DNA of 63,904 nt, filler included, from Octopus bimaculoides (GCF_001194135.2; 9 parts of 9 records of this genome joined end to end with filler, not necessarily neighbours in it), one strand, 5' to 3'; shown: positions 12,255 through 26,782, counted from the first letter of the whole stretch. Translations and numbers: made by a program. The notes: generated by a model not told the origin, from the letters alone.

Positions 12255-13270
12255 GAAATTTGCAGATGACGAACGTATCTAAGAAGAGAAAGGAAAACGT
12301 TACAAGTATGTCAACAATTCGACCAGTGGTTGAAGACCAAGTTGGAGGGAATGGATTCTTTAGAATATACGTAAAGGGTGGAAAAAGCAAGAAATGCAAA
12401 TCTGGATGTAGGAAACATGGTCATAGGCAATAACGCTTGCGTTGTAAGCGCGGAATTTGTGCAACGGACCAAGGTAGAAGTGGACTTCATGGACAAAGAC
12501 AAGCAGGAAAATATTGGCCATGCTTTGATGCCTTCATACCAAAAGTAACATGACAAAACTTTACTTTACCTAGGAAAGAAGGGGGAAAAGGAATGGTTGG
12601 TATAAAACTCTTTGCATGTCTCTAATAATGATAATAATAAAAGGATGTTATAGTGCGCACTGAGTGAGTAGGTGATCAGTGATAACCATGAGGTTCCCTA
12701 CGAGTACAAAAGGATGATTTTTACGGAAAAGATCCCAACAAACATCGCATGAAGCTGATGAAGAATCTTGAATAAAACATGGAAATTTCAGCTTTCAAGG
12801 ATCGTTTGTTGCTGGTTCAGGACAAGCATTACGAAACAATTCAATTAAATATAGCAATGAATGATAAGAGAACAGAAAACCTTTGTGAATATTATGTGAG
12901 ATATATACTTGGTGAATGTGCAAAACTGGTCCACAAAGAGTACAGGAAAAGCAATACCTGACGAAGTGGCGCTGTGAAGACTCTTCGAGTTGTGCAGGAA
13001 GTATGTGCTAGAATGTCTCAACAAAGAGTATGCACATCGATCTTTGGATGATCAGGTGGAACTCATGACGTTTATGTCAATTTAGATTAATAAGAAGGTG
13101 TAACATAACACATCCGATACTAATCTTCTTCAGATGGTTTCCACCGATTGGAGCTTCATTGCCATAATTATGCTTGCAGATCAGAGAACAAGAGTGTGAA
13201 AGTTCCAAGACCTAACCCTGGAGTTGAAACGCATCCGTAAGAGCTTTAAAAATGAGTATGATACCCTAGG
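12255..13270 (+). pseudogene. Heavily decayed RLE-type (R4/Dong-like) non-LTR retrotransposon fragment
   Basis: Frameshifted peptides LPRKEGGKGMVG (~12565-12602), QALRNNSIKY, ILGECAKLVHKEYRK (zinc-knuckle region) and KFQDLTLELKR, colinear with the better-preserved copies at 19.6-23.8 kb. Confidence 0.65.
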
Positions 13271-14232
13271 GGGCTATCTCAACGAAAGTAATTTTCTGGC
13301 ATGAAAAGCTGAAGAGACCGAACGTAACAGGTAGTACACATTTGGCAACAATACTTGGAAATTTCTCGAGGAAAGCATTATAATTTGATTGCACTTCTTC
13401 TTGTGCTATATTATCCAGAAAATAGGTTCCTCTCATATAACATTCTGACTTGTGATAATTCATTATAATAGTTGTGCGATTATCAATAATATATTAATAT
13501 TCTTAAAAGCTCGATGACTTGGAAAAACAATATATGAGAATGGGAATTCGATAAGTTGTTTTTTATTGATTAGGCAAAAGTATAACTTATTAATTGGTGG
13601 AAGGAGAATAGGTGTGAAGTTTCTTCATTTACCAAATGCAGACGACATGTAACAGTAATTCCAAGACTTTCAGAATTGTGGTTGAGTCATTTAATGGTTT
13701 ATTCCATTATTCTATTTTATATGATTATTATAGGAAACTAGCGTCATTCATTACCTGAAAACTGGTGGTATTTTCATGGCTTCTACGCGGGCAACACATT
13801 TAGACAAAGGGAAATTGTTCTTGAACTCTTGCCAGTGTTAAACACAGGTTATTTTCATAGCAAGATTTCAGTGGTGAAAATCCAACAAAATTGTTTAATC
13901 AGATTACTGTAGTTAACATACGTCCATTTACAATAATATGTCTACGGAAAATGAAGAATATTATATCGCGGTAAATGATAACATATATACAAGAAGAAAA
14001 TGAGTTGTTACCAGTTTCTCTGTCTTATATAACGCGTTATCTATCACAGAAAGAATATCCATATTACTAGATGACAATATGTTTTCATGGGATTAAATAT
14101 GTTGTGACATGTCATACATATTTTGTCAGATGAATATGTCTGAATCTCCATGCAGTCTTCTGTTTCATTTTTGGCTGCAGAGCTCAGTTGATTCCCTGAA
14201 ATTGATTCAGCCAATATATGCAAATAAATGTA

Positions 14233-14269
<37 letters not shown>

Positions 14270-14348
14270 ATGTTTGCTTCCCGGATTCATATCCACTGCC
14301 TGGCACCTTGGCCGCGTGTCTTTTACTATAGACTCGGGCTGACCAAAT
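14270..14348 (+). mobile_element. SINE family A head fragment
   Basis: CCACTGCCTGGCACCTTGG..CTATAGACTCGGGCTGACCAAA matches 452-507. Confidence 0.75.
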
Positions 14349-15972
14349 ATATAAACATCTTGAAGTCTATAGAAGTGAATGCATGCAATTCCATTTCTGT
14401 TTCAGCAATGTTCCAAAGTCAGACTTTTCAGAACGAATACGTTGCTTCATTTGTAAACTGAGTGAAACACAGAAGCATCAATTCGTAATTCAGGGTTTAT
14501 TTCGTAAGTGGTGTCTACTTGGTTTGAAGGGCATAGTCCCATAATTTCACGTAACGTTTACATTTTTCTTCGGATTTTCGGTGTTACATTTCGAAGCACC
14601 TATGGTTAGCAAAGTGATCAAAAGAATGTTACTTTCCTAAGCATTGCCTGTTGCGTAACTGAAATCTTATGAGGAATAAAAATTCAACTTGAATTTGCGT
14701 TTCGATTTCTTGCTCTCCATTGTGCCCAGCAAGCTTTCTGTTCGTAATACTCGACCATAAAAACATAGAATAAATATCGATGCACATATCTTTGCATTGA
14801 TTCATGACCAAAAGCATTCTACATTCAAGCTTAAAACTTTGCCAGGGAGAAAGTTAAGTATTCCTAATACATGTCGGTAACAAGGGTCTGATGCGATCTT
14901 TATANNNNNNNNNNNNNNNNNNNNNNNTATATATATATTTATATATATATATATTTATATATAATCTTTAGAACAATACGTTTTTTGTGAGTAAGAGTTT
15001 GTTCATTCTCATTCTTTTAGGAACGAAATAAATTTTCAAAGTCTTATGGCATTATAATCACATCAGAATCTAAAACAGAACTGTTGCGTTTAGCTAACAA
15101 GTTAGCTTACAAGTTAACATAATATCATTTTTTTAACCTGCAATATACCGATACAATATTGGGTCCAATATAATCTTTCGTCACTAGATATAATTGAACC
15201 AAATCACATTTAATTTGCTTCATTGGCAACTTGCGGTTTAGTTCTTTCTTTTGTGTTTACTGATTGGGGTTGAAATGTTAAACACAAAATGCGTGTTAAT
15301 GATGTTAAAATAGACTCGGGTTTAAATGCCGTAATATGAAGGACACCCTAAATGGTATGACGCATCCGATACATTTGGGCCTTTGAGAAATAGATGGACT
15401 GACGTACACTGAAGCTAAAGTGAAAATTTAAAAGTAAACAAAACATAACTAAGAAAAGATAACAATTAAGCGAGTATGTAATTTTATAATAATATAGCTA
15501 TTTACAACAAAGTTATTCCATTAAGGCAGTGATTGAATGAATTCATTAAGAAGTAAATCCAAAGAGCCTGAAATTTAAGCTGCATGCCAATAAATCAAGT
15601 ACAGTGTTTGCCCTTTAAAATGACCAGGCATTTTATGCTCACGTGACACTGTGGTTGCCAACAAAGTGAACACTGATAATCAAAATAAAATACAAGCATA
15701 CATTCGAATTGCCCTAAAAAAATCACAGATATTTCTGCTAACCAAAAAAAAAAAAAAAAAAAAAANNNNNNNNNNNNNNNNNNNNNNNNNNNNNNNNNNN
15801 NNNNNNNNNTTAATTAATTAANNNNNNNNNNNNNNNNNNNNNNNNNNNNNNNNNNNNNNNNNNNNTATATATATATATATATACATACATGCATACATAT
15901 ATAAACAGATATATATACATACATGCACTCACATGTACGCGCACAGACATATATATAAATACATACATATAT

Positions 15973-16016
<44 letters not shown>

Positions 16017-16584
16017 CAGTGTATTTGTGTGTTTGAATGTGTGTGCATGTATCTATAAATGTGCGTATGTGTTTGCGTGTTTGCGTGTTTGTGTGCATAC
16101 ATAAAAACTGATTACTTCCTGGAGAAGCCTCATTATGTTGATTAACGGCCATAGTTGACCAGATCACCGTTGATTCTGTCAGCGCCTTCTTTGACATCTA
16201 CACACACACACACACACATGCACACACACTGGTACACGCCAACAGTGCTAACTAACCCTGAACATTCCATCTCTATTCGCTTGATAATTATTTTTATAAA
16301 CTTCCCCTAGCGGTCTTAGTTGTAAGGCTTCACTCTAAATGCAACCCTAAGTTTAGCTCGATATTATGCAGAAAACGATTGACTGAGTTTGAATCATGAA
16401 TGCGAGTGTGCGTGTGACAGTGAGTTTCGGAGTCAGAGTATGAGAACCAAAGGGAGGTTATTGTGGTTTAACCCTAAATTATACTTGATCGGAGACACTT
16501 TATCATTAACCACCACCACCACAAAAACAATAACAACAATAATAATAGCAACAGCAACAATAATTCTTTCCTTGAAAATTTTGA

Positions 16585-16990
16585 GAGGGGGGGGGCAGTT
16601 GGTTACATCGACCCCAGTGTTCAACTGGTATTTATTTAATCAACATCGAAAGATGAAAGGCAAAGTCGATCCCAGCGGTATTGAACTCAGGACATGAAGA
16701 CGGATGAAATGCCGCTCAGCATTTCGTCCGGTGCGGTAATGACTCTGCCAGCTCACCGCCTTAATAATGATTTTACATTTTGGCACAAGGTCAGCAATTT
16801 CGGGGAAAAGGTTAACCCGATCCGATCGACCCCCGCTCCCCAGTGCTCAACTGGTCTTTATTTCATCAACCCCGAAAGAATGAAAAGGCGAAGTCGACTT
16901 CGGCTAGATCTGAACTCAGAACGTCAAGACGGAGGATATGCCGCTAAGCATTTTGTCTGGTGTGCTAACGATTCTGCCTGCTCGCCCATC
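16585..16990 (-). mobile_element. Two tandem SINE family B copies (16585-16763, 16773-16990)
   Basis: Minus strand reads GGCG..GAGCTGGCAGA (A-box), GAGTTCAA (B-box) and the GTCGACTTTGCCTTTCATC..GATAAA..TACCAG central domain; head-to-tail. Confidence 0.85.
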
Positions 16991-17020
16991 TTCTGAACAA
17001 GTACAGCAGCAGAAACAGAA

Positions 17021-17032
17021 GTAGCAGCAGCA

Positions 17033-17091
<59 letters not shown>
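17021..17091. repeat. (AGT)n/(AGC)n microsatellite
   Basis: Direct reading. Confidence 0.9.
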
Positions 17092-17092
<1 letters not shown>

Positions 17093-17220
17093 AAATCCTT
17101 TAGGATGACTTATGACTTGCGCGGTGACTTTGCCTCAGTCTACCTCACTGTCAATCTTACTCTCTTGTCCGTGACCATCTTCAATCCAGNNNNNNNNNNN
17201 NNNNNNNNNGGGGGGGGGGG

Positions 17221-17282
17221 GACCACGACGACTGAGGTCAAGACGACTGGGGTCAAGACGACTGGGGTAAAGACGACTGGGG
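17221..17282 (+). repeat. 15-bp minisatellite, ~4 units (GGTCAAGACGACTGG)
   Basis: ACGACTGAGGTCAAG ACGACTGGGGTCAAG ACGACTGGGGTAAAG ACGACTGGGG, directly after a poly-G run at a gap edge. Confidence 0.8.
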
Positions 17283-17619
17283 ATGGAGACGGGTGCAGTG
17301 GATGACCAAGATGTCATGCCTTATCTTGTTCTCTGCATCCCACAATGCCTTCCTGCAGCCGCCTTCAACTTTGTTAAACTATGACGGTTTCCTCTGCAGA
17401 ATCACCCAGATCCAGTCTTTACATGCATGGGTAGGCAAGCCCTAATAAGCAAACTAACCCGTAGCCGGTACCTTGAGAGGTGTTACTACTGCCGGTGAGA
17501 GTTGCCCTCGGAACAACAGTGGCTGAGAGGTGGTTCTTTACACCTCAAAGCCCTGACGCTCCTGAACCTGGGACCTACTACCAGATGCAGTTTAAAGCCA
17601 TACCTAAGGCATGAGGTAT

Positions 17620-17750
17620 GAATACTTTTTTATTATCGACTCCTAAAGGATGGAAAGCAAAAGAGATCTCTGTGAGATTTGAACTCAGAATGCAAAGAGC
17701 TGGAACAAATAGCTCAAGGCATCTTTGCCCGACGATTTAATAAATTCTAA
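17620..17750 (-). mobile_element. SINE family B, diverged
   Basis: TTATCGACTCCTAAAGGATGGAAAGCAAA..GATTTGAACTCAGAA. Confidence 0.7.
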
Positions 17751-18010
17751 CTCAAGGTCGGAAATTTGGGCAACGGAGAAATCGAGCTCAGTACTTAAAA
17801 AGAGGTCACAAGTGTGTGAAGGAAGTTTTCCGGACAATGGACATGAGTTAGAATAAGAACAGTAATAAAGGAGTGAAGAACGAATATATAGTGTGTGTGT
17901 TTATTTGGCAAAAAACAAACAAACAAAAAAACAAAATGACCATCTTGAAATACATTATCTGTTGCAACACACGATTTGACATCAGGAATCTTGCAGCACA
18001 AATTTATATA

Positions 18011-18240
18011 CGCCGAGGTCTACTTTGCTTATCATCCTTTCGGGGGTCGATAAATTAAGTACCAGTGGAATACTGGAACCGATGAAATCGACTAGTCCCC
18101 ACTCCCAAATTTCAGGCCTTTGGGAGCTGGAGACTAGTTGATTTCACCAACTCCAGTGTTTCACTGGTACTTAATTTATCGACCCCCGAAAGGATGATTG
18201 GCAAAGTAGACCTCGGCGGAATTTGAACTCAGAACGTGAA
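18011..18240. mobile_element. Inverted (tail-to-tail) pair of SINE family B segments: 18011-18120 (+) and 18122-18240 (-)
   Basis: Arms 18011-18106 and 18122-18218 are reverse complements, 55/57 identical over the first 57 bp. Confidence 0.9.
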
Positions 18241-18276
18241 AATAATAATGATGGTAATAATAATAATAATAATAAT

Positions 18277-18325
18277 ACTGGGATATGCCAATACACACAG
18301 ATAGAGAAATTAAGGCAAATAGACC
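18277..18325 (+). pseudogene. R4/Dong-like retrotransposon fragment (start of RLE domain), running into gap
   Basis: WDMPIHTDREIKANRP, directly after a (TAA)n tract at 18241-18276. Confidence 0.7.
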
Positions 18326-18425
18326 NNNNNNNNNNNNNNNNNNNNNNNNNNNNNNNNNNNNNNNNNNNNTTAATTAATTAANNNNNNNNNNNNNNNNNNN
18401 NNNNNNNNNNNNNNNNNNNNNNNNN

Positions 18426-18592
18426 CTTGTTTGTATTTGTCAGCTTCCTTAAATACTGAAAACAGTTTTTTGTTTTGCTCGTGTTTTGTGGCTATTTGTA
18501 TTAGTTTCCCTTGCTTCTGGAGTAGGTATTTTTGCAGTCCTATGGTGGTTATTTTATAATAGTTTTCTAGCTGTATAAGACCCCTGCCACCT

Positions 18593-18594
<2 letters not shown>
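18426..18594 (-). pseudogene. R4/Dong-like retrotransposon fragment (post-RT region)
   Basis: EGGRGLIQLENYYKITTIGLQKYL: the GGRGL motif that follows the RT domain in RLE-type elements. Confidence 0.75.
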
Positions 18595-18648
<54 letters not shown>

Positions 18649-18683
18649 GTTATTATTATTATTATCATTATTATTATTATCCA

Positions 18684-19092
18684 GTAATATCATTTTTATC
18701 ACTTGCTTTCACTACACTGACGAGCGCAGCTCTGTGTTCCTAGGGTATGTGCCGTGGTTTGTTTTGGTGTTACTTTCACTGTAATGAATGTGTTTTACCT
18801 GGCATGTATGCGGTACCTAATAGTGGTATTTTCAGTATGCTATATCTATTCGTCAGTCCTGGTATTGTGGTTATGTGTTTATCTGTATTTTTTAAAATCC
18901 CTATTATTATAGAGATTGTTTCTATTTTCAGGCTCCACATTCGGGTCATCTCTATTGCCAGATCTTTGTATTTTGAGTTTCTCCATTTCTTTCAGAGATT
19001 CATAGTCATTTGTTGGGATTGATACGTCGATTAGAAGGCATTTTTTCTTGATGATCTCTGACAGTTATATTTGGTCTGGTAACCTTGATCTC
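18684..19092 (-). pseudogene. R4/Dong-like retrotransposon 3' end (RLE domain + 3'UTR), (TAA)n tail at 18595-18680
   Basis: IKVTRPNITVRDHQ / KCLLIDVSIP / KYKDLAIEMTRMW / IPLLGTAY, with frameshifts. Confidence 0.8.
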
Positions 19093-19134
<42 letters not shown>

Positions 19135-19135
<1 letters not shown>

Positions 19136-19382
19136 TTATGTTTGACTTTTGTTTTGCATTTGTACAAGTTGGATCCAAGTCTCACCCAGAGACCTCAAGA
19201 GACAACAAGTTAGAAGTTCATGTAGGTGTTATGCCTAGGGTACCATATATTTGGATTTGTACAGTTTTGTTCAAGTGAATGTTTAAGAAACAATAAGAAA
19301 ATTATGTGTTTGCTTTAAAATTTGAGATCACATAGACAGTATTTTACGTAGGATATGGGCAGTTCCCATGAGCACTATCTTT
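19135..19382 (-). pseudogene. R4/Dong-like retrotransposon extreme 3' end of another family, (TAA)n tail at 19094-19134
   Basis: KIVLMGTAHILRKILSM-stop followed by an ~200-bp 3'UTR unrelated to those of the neighbouring copies. Confidence 0.75.
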
Positions 19383-19632
19383 NNNNNNNNNNNNNNNNNN
19401 NNNNNNNNNNNNNNNNNNNNNNNNNNNNNNNNNNNNNNNNNNNNNNNNNNNNNNNNNNNNNNNNNNNNNNNNNNNNNNNNNNNNNNNNNNNNNNNNNNNN
19501 NNNNNNNNNNNNNNNNNNNNNNNNNNNNNNNNNNNNNNNNNNNNNNNNNNNNNNNNNNNNNNNNNNNNNNNNNNNNNNNNNNNNNNNNNNNNNNNNNNNN
19601 NNNNNNNNNATTATTATTATTATTATTATTAT

Positions 19633-20680
<1,048 letters not shown>

Positions 20681-20694
20681 GAGATGCACGTATT

Positions 20695-20779
20695 ATCAGC
20701 CATTATTATTATTATCATTCTTCTTCTTCTTCTTCTTCTTCTTCTTCTTCTTCTTCTTCTTCTTCTTCTTCTTCTTCTT

Positions 20780-20855
<76 letters not shown>
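20695..20855. repeat. (TAT)n-(TCT)n-(TAT)n compound microsatellite
   Basis: Direct reading; source of the poly-R/S/L/I ORFs. Confidence 0.95.
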
Positions 20856-21302
20856 GCAAATCTACCCAACTATGATGGAGGCAAAAAAAAGATGTGGGAG
20901 AGAAGTCATAACAGCAGTATGTATTGAGAAATGTGTAAATGGACTTGATAGATTACTGGGTGATGTCTTAGAGAAATCACATTATTGTTGGTGATACAGC
21001 ATTCTATTGCAGCGATATGACATGTATTTGCGACTAAGTGACATGTGATGACGATTCACTCCCGAACTGAAATAGGCTCCCAGCCTCTGTATCAGGAATG
21101 GTTATGTGGACCTCGCCGAGCGAAAGCCAGCCCTTCCTTCGACCACTACATAAAAAGTATTAAGAAAAAAATGTTATTTAGATATACTGTTATTTTAGTT
21201 GTTTACACTATTTTTCGCTTGTTTATACTCTTATACGTTCAAAGTTCACAAATTTCATTATTTAAATTATTAATCATATTCCTTTCAATAATATCAATAT
21301 GA

Positions 21303-22042
21303 TTACAAAGCTTCTTTGTGGACAATATTTTTTGTTTGGTCGACATAGATTTTCAAATTACTGGAGTCCGTTGCTCTACTCATAGCGATGTATAATTGGC
21401 CGTGTGTAAACATCGGGGTGGGTAAAAATACATCTACATGATCTAAAGTCTGGCCCTGTGCCTTGTTTGCTGTAATGCGTGAGCGAACCTTTAGGAATCT
21501 TCCCATCTACGATAGGAAATAAAGGAATAGTATCACAAATCTGAACCCTCTAAATTCACGAACTATACGGGATGAGGGGATCCAGAGTTAATCCTCATCG
21601 CCGGAATTTTAATAAAAAATAATAATAAAGGTTATTTATTAATAGAAAACTCAATATCCACTAAATAGTCATACTTCTTCACATTTTTTACTGATTACCT
21701 CTTTCGTCATCCCGAAAAACATCACGACCATTGGTGCAGACCGTGAAAAGGGAACAGGCAGACAGACAGACAGATAGACGGACAAAACGCTCAATATAGT
21801 AAGAAGATGACTTACTTCCCTTTGTTTCTTTTATTAGTTATATCCCCCTTGGTTTGTATTTACTTTTTTACGCCTGTAAGCGGAACAATTATGCTCAGTA
21901 TCCACTAAATAATTATACTTATTCAAATTTTTTTTCGCTAAAATCTTTCCTGTTCACTTCCTTCGTAATCCAAAAAAACTTCGTGACCATTGGTCCAACC
22001 GTTTGACCGTGAAGAGGATACATAACGTCCATTATAGGAAGA
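21303..22042 (-). mobile_element. Non-autonomous Helitron remnant: PIF1-type helicase C-terminus plus two tandem 5' termini
   Basis: ORF 21303-21506 TANKAQGQTL..PMFTHGQLYIAMSRA matches the PIF1/Helitron helicase motifs. Minus-strand A|TCTTCTTACTATA (start 21807) and A|TCTTCCTATAAT (start 22042) head ~150-bp related segments, one with a (TGTC)n tract. No 3' CTRR end found. Confidence 0.7.
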
Positions 22043-22043
22043 T

Positions 22044-23815
22044 TAATATTATTATTACTATTATTATATGAAAACTCACAAATTATTTTGCTGGGTATGA
22101 TGGAAAGTGTCAGCTGTCCACAGCCAGCAGACTAAGGTGACACTTGTTTACTGGTCATACTTCAAGAACCCGGCGAAGAATTCTTACAGTTCCAAGCAAT
22201 GCTGATTTTTGTAGGTATTCTATCTTCACACTTGCACCGATCTTTTTCAGCCAACTTGGTAGATGGGTGCTGATACTTCCGAGTGCACCAATTACTATTG
22301 GTATCACGTCTACTCTCTTCATTGACTACAACCTTCGTATTTGCCACTTCAAACGTCACAGTTGTTTATTTTTCTTCTTCTTTCACATTGATCCTGTTGT
22401 CCCTGGGGCTTACTATTATCATACATGTTATTTCTTTTTTATTCACTACAACAATGTCCGGTTTCCTATGTTTGATCAGGTGATCGCACTGGATCATTAT
22501 ATCCCACAGGATTTTCAGTTCTCATTTTCGGTGATTCCTTCTGGGGTTTGTTCATACCACGTCTTTGCTCTTTTTAGGCCGTAATTTCAACAGAGCTCCC
22601 AATGGATTATTCTTTCCACATTGTCATGGTGTCTTTTATATTCGCGTTGTGCTAATTTCGAGTGCACGCTAACGATGTGTCGTACCGTTTTACCCCTCTC
22701 ACCACACATTCTGTATTTGTCGCTATCGGTCGTGTTGTCAATTCTGTACTTCATATAGTTGGTCCTTAACGCTTGTTCCTGAGCTGCGCATATGAATGCT
22801 TCTGTCTCTATCTTCAGGTCATTCTTCCTCATCCATGACTACCGGTCCTCTGTAACTGTCTTCGCGTTCACATCTTTGGAAAATAGATCGTACATTTTTC
22901 CCCCCTTCCAACCCTTTTTCTTTTGTGTGTGTTCATTTCTTGTTCAAATTTTTCTTTAGTTACACAATTTTCAGTTTTGATGACGCCGGCCTTCATCGCA
23001 TGTTTTAACAATGGCTCCACGGCATTTTTTATGTACCACCATAAGCTGTTTTCCTCTGCTTCGATACAGCTATGGTAACTAATCAAACCTCTCCCACCCT
23101 TTCTTCTGGACAAGAACAGCCCATCAGTGTCACCTTTACGGTGGTAGGATCCGTGTACTGTCAACATTTTTGTCCATTTTATCACTTCTCTTTTTTGCTA
23201 TTTTGTAACTCCCGTTCCATACCGAAGTGATGCTATCGCCCACGTATTAACTCCCGTTAGATTTTATTCCATCCAGTCAATTTTGAGCGCAACACCAACC
23301 TCAGTCTTCGGAAATACGCTCTTTCATTTCCTTTTCCATTATCTCGTTGAACTCTCGTACACCAAGGTATTTGTAGACTTCCATTTCAATATGCTTAATC
23401 AAGTCTCTATTCGGTAATTCTATCCCTGCTAGGAACTGTACTTTGCCTCTTTTTGGGTAGATTACTCCGCACCTCTTGAGTCCAAATTCCATTCTAATAT
23501 CAGAACTAAAACAGTGGACCGTGTTCAACAAAGAACAACTCACTTGTGTCTTATCTTTGCCTTACAGTTTCAAATCATCCATGGTTGATTGTTTGGGATT
23601 TTCGCTTTGTTTGTACGCCGGGTTCATTTTCCTGAGTACCAGAGTCAAGGGTATCATGCAGAGAACGAAAATCAACGGATATAAGCTACCACCCTGGAAA
23701 ATCCCTTTTCTGATACCCAGGGCGCCCAAGCTTTTTCCGTAAGATGTTAGTTCAGTTTTCCATCCCACCATACTTCCCTTCAGGAAACACGTTACATTCC
23801 CCGCAATTCCAAACA
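22044..23815 (-). pseudogene. 5'-truncated R4/Dong-like non-LTR retrotransposon (RT domains 3-7, zinc knuckle, RLE, 3'UTR, TAA tail)
   Basis: GIFQGGSLYPLIF, MDDLKL, YKYLGV, GGRGL, AAQEQALRTN, RKPDIV, VIPIVIGALG, QKSALLGTARILRRVLEV-stop, across several frameshifts and stops; flanked by (TAA)n at 22044-22067 and 23818-23887. Confidence 0.92.
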
Positions 23816-23817
23816 GA

Positions 23818-23889
<72 letters not shown>

Positions 23890-24488
23890 ATATAAAATAA
23901 TATTTCAGTTTATTATGTTATTTTATTGTTCATTACAGTTATACCTATAGATGTGAGCTGTTTATCTTTTATAGTATAAATTATAAAAAATTATTATATG
24001 TGAATTATGTCTTCGCAACGTCAGTTATAATTCCATCTCACGAAGAGATCGCAAGTTGAGTATCAATAATTTCTATACAGTGTGATTATGTTTAATTTAC
24101 GTTGCTTTTATACTGAATTTATGTTGTGAGCTTTAGTTGTGTTTATTTAAACCGAATAAATTACATTTGTATCCACATTAGAAATTATATTACACCTGTG
24201 GTGTGTGAACTGCGGCTGTTGCTGTTGATGTATGCGCGTCTGTGTGTGAGCGCGTATTATTTTCTTTATCCATTGTGTAGATTACATTGCATATACGGTG
24301 TATGTGTATGTATGTGTAAGTGTATGTACAAGTGTATATATATATATATATATATATATNNNNNNNNNNNNNNNNNNNNNNNNNNNNNNNNNNNNNNNNN
24401 NNNTTAATTAATTAANNNNNNNNNNNNNNNNNNNNNNNNNNNNNNNNNNNNNNNNNNNNATATATATATATATATACACACATACATA

Positions 24489-24665
24489 TTCTTTCTTTTT
24501 TTCTTTTATTTGTTTCAGTCATGTGACTGCGGCCATGCTGGAGCACCGCCATTAGTCGAGCAAATCGACCCCCAGGACTTATTCTTTGTAAGCCTAGTAA
24601 TTATTTTATCGGTCTCTTTTGCCGAACCGCTAAGCCACGGGGACGTAAACACACCAGCATCGGTT
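24489..24665 (-). mobile_element. SINE family A, 3' part
   Basis: Reverse complement of 625-790. Confidence 0.9.
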
Positions 24666-25141
24666 CCACCTCCCTTCCCCCTCTATTTCGCTCCAACCCC
24701 TCTCTCACCTCCTCCCACTGTTCCTCCCTGCCCGGTCTCTCGGCCTCCTCCTCTCTCCACTCCTCCATCTCTCCACCCCCCTCTCCTTCTCCACTCCTCT
24801 TTTTCACTCAACTTTCTCCCATATTCTGTCCCTTTTATCTCTATTTCTTTCTCCATTTTTCTCGTCCTTCTTTTCAACCTCTCCCCCTCCTTTTCAGAAA
24901 CGTTTACATTGAGGAGAACACTGCTTACCCTGGATAGGCTGTCAATCAGAAATATTTCCTGTCTTATAAGACAACGATTCCTATTCAATCGCAAAACGAA
25001 TAATACAGTGAAGAAAACTCTGCAACGTTATGATCCGTGATGATAATGAATTTCGCAAAAGATGCTCAAAACGTTTCTATTCCAAATATTTCAAAGGCAT
25101 TATATATCCCTCACCAATTCCCTCTGTCTCTTTCTTGCTCA

Positions 25142-25250
<109 letters not shown>

Positions 25251-26084
25251 ACAATCAAGGGTTTTATTCAGCTAAAATCTTGCTCACATCCGCATGTTTA
25301 TAACGTGTAGATCGGCCAATCCGAAAAGGAAAATAGAGTGAGTAATAAATATATTCTCCATACATACATGCATGTATAAATACATACATACATACATACA
25401 TACATGCATACATGCATACATGCATACATACATATATACATACATACATACATACATACATACGTACGCACGTATATGCACAATAAGAATGCACACACAT
25501 TGAAATCAAACGTAACGTATGGCGTTAATGAAGCAGAAATAGATAGCGAATGAGTCGGAGATATATAGACAGCTCGACACACTGGATATGGAGTGACTGT
25601 AGAGTGAACGGAGAGGATAGAATAATGGTGATTTATAAAGAGAAATAGTAAGAATAGAGAAGAGGTAAAAATAGATTTATTTACAATGAATCTGATAACA
25701 TAGCAGTAAGGAAAAAAAAAATTGAATCTAAGGCACCAAGATTATGCGGCATTCTGAACGATTGGAACCTGGAGTTTGTGTAGCGAAACAGGAGAGGAAC
25801 ACGCAGAGAGAGAAGAGAGAGAGACAGACAGAAAGAGAGTGAGAAAAGATGAGAGCAAGAGAAAGAGAGAGAAAGGAAAATACGAGGCAGGGGACGAGGA
25901 AGAGGACGAAGACGAGAAGGAGGAGGAAGATGAAAAGGGAGAGGAAGAGGAGGAGGAAGAGGAGGAGGACAGAGCGAGAGAGAGAGAAGTAGAGTAGGAA
26001 CGGAGAGAGAAAGTGTGGATGTGAAGATGTTTCCTTGTAGAAAAAGAGATTGCATAACAGATATGATTAAGAGCACTGCATGTA

Positions 26085-26530
<446 letters not shown>

Positions 26531-26736
26531 CATGTATATAAAGTGACATAGAGAGAGAGAGAGGACGAGAGAGATGAATACATATGTGTATGCATGGATG
26601 GATGTATGGATACAGATGAAAGAGACGAAGAGAGAGAAGAATTAGGTTACTTCTAGTGAATGAGCAAATAATATAGTGGTCATTTCCCTAAAAATACAGT
26701 AACACAGATGCAGAGAGAAAGAAAGACGAGTTGTAC

Positions 26737-26739
<3 letters not shown>

Positions 26740-26782
<43 letters not shown>

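Noticed and set aside
13060-13140. Minus-strand CCATCTGAAGA..AGATTA/TAATCT..TAAACGTC
   Set aside because: It would need several core and spacing changes; too degenerate to call.
13266-13463. 65-aa ORF with ordinary composition
   Set aside because: No recognisable motif and no convincing splice donor.
21100-21150. GC-rich CTCGCCGAGCGAAAGCCAGC as the Helitron 3' hairpin
   Set aside because: No CTRR terminus on the helicase strand, and the orientation is inconsistent.
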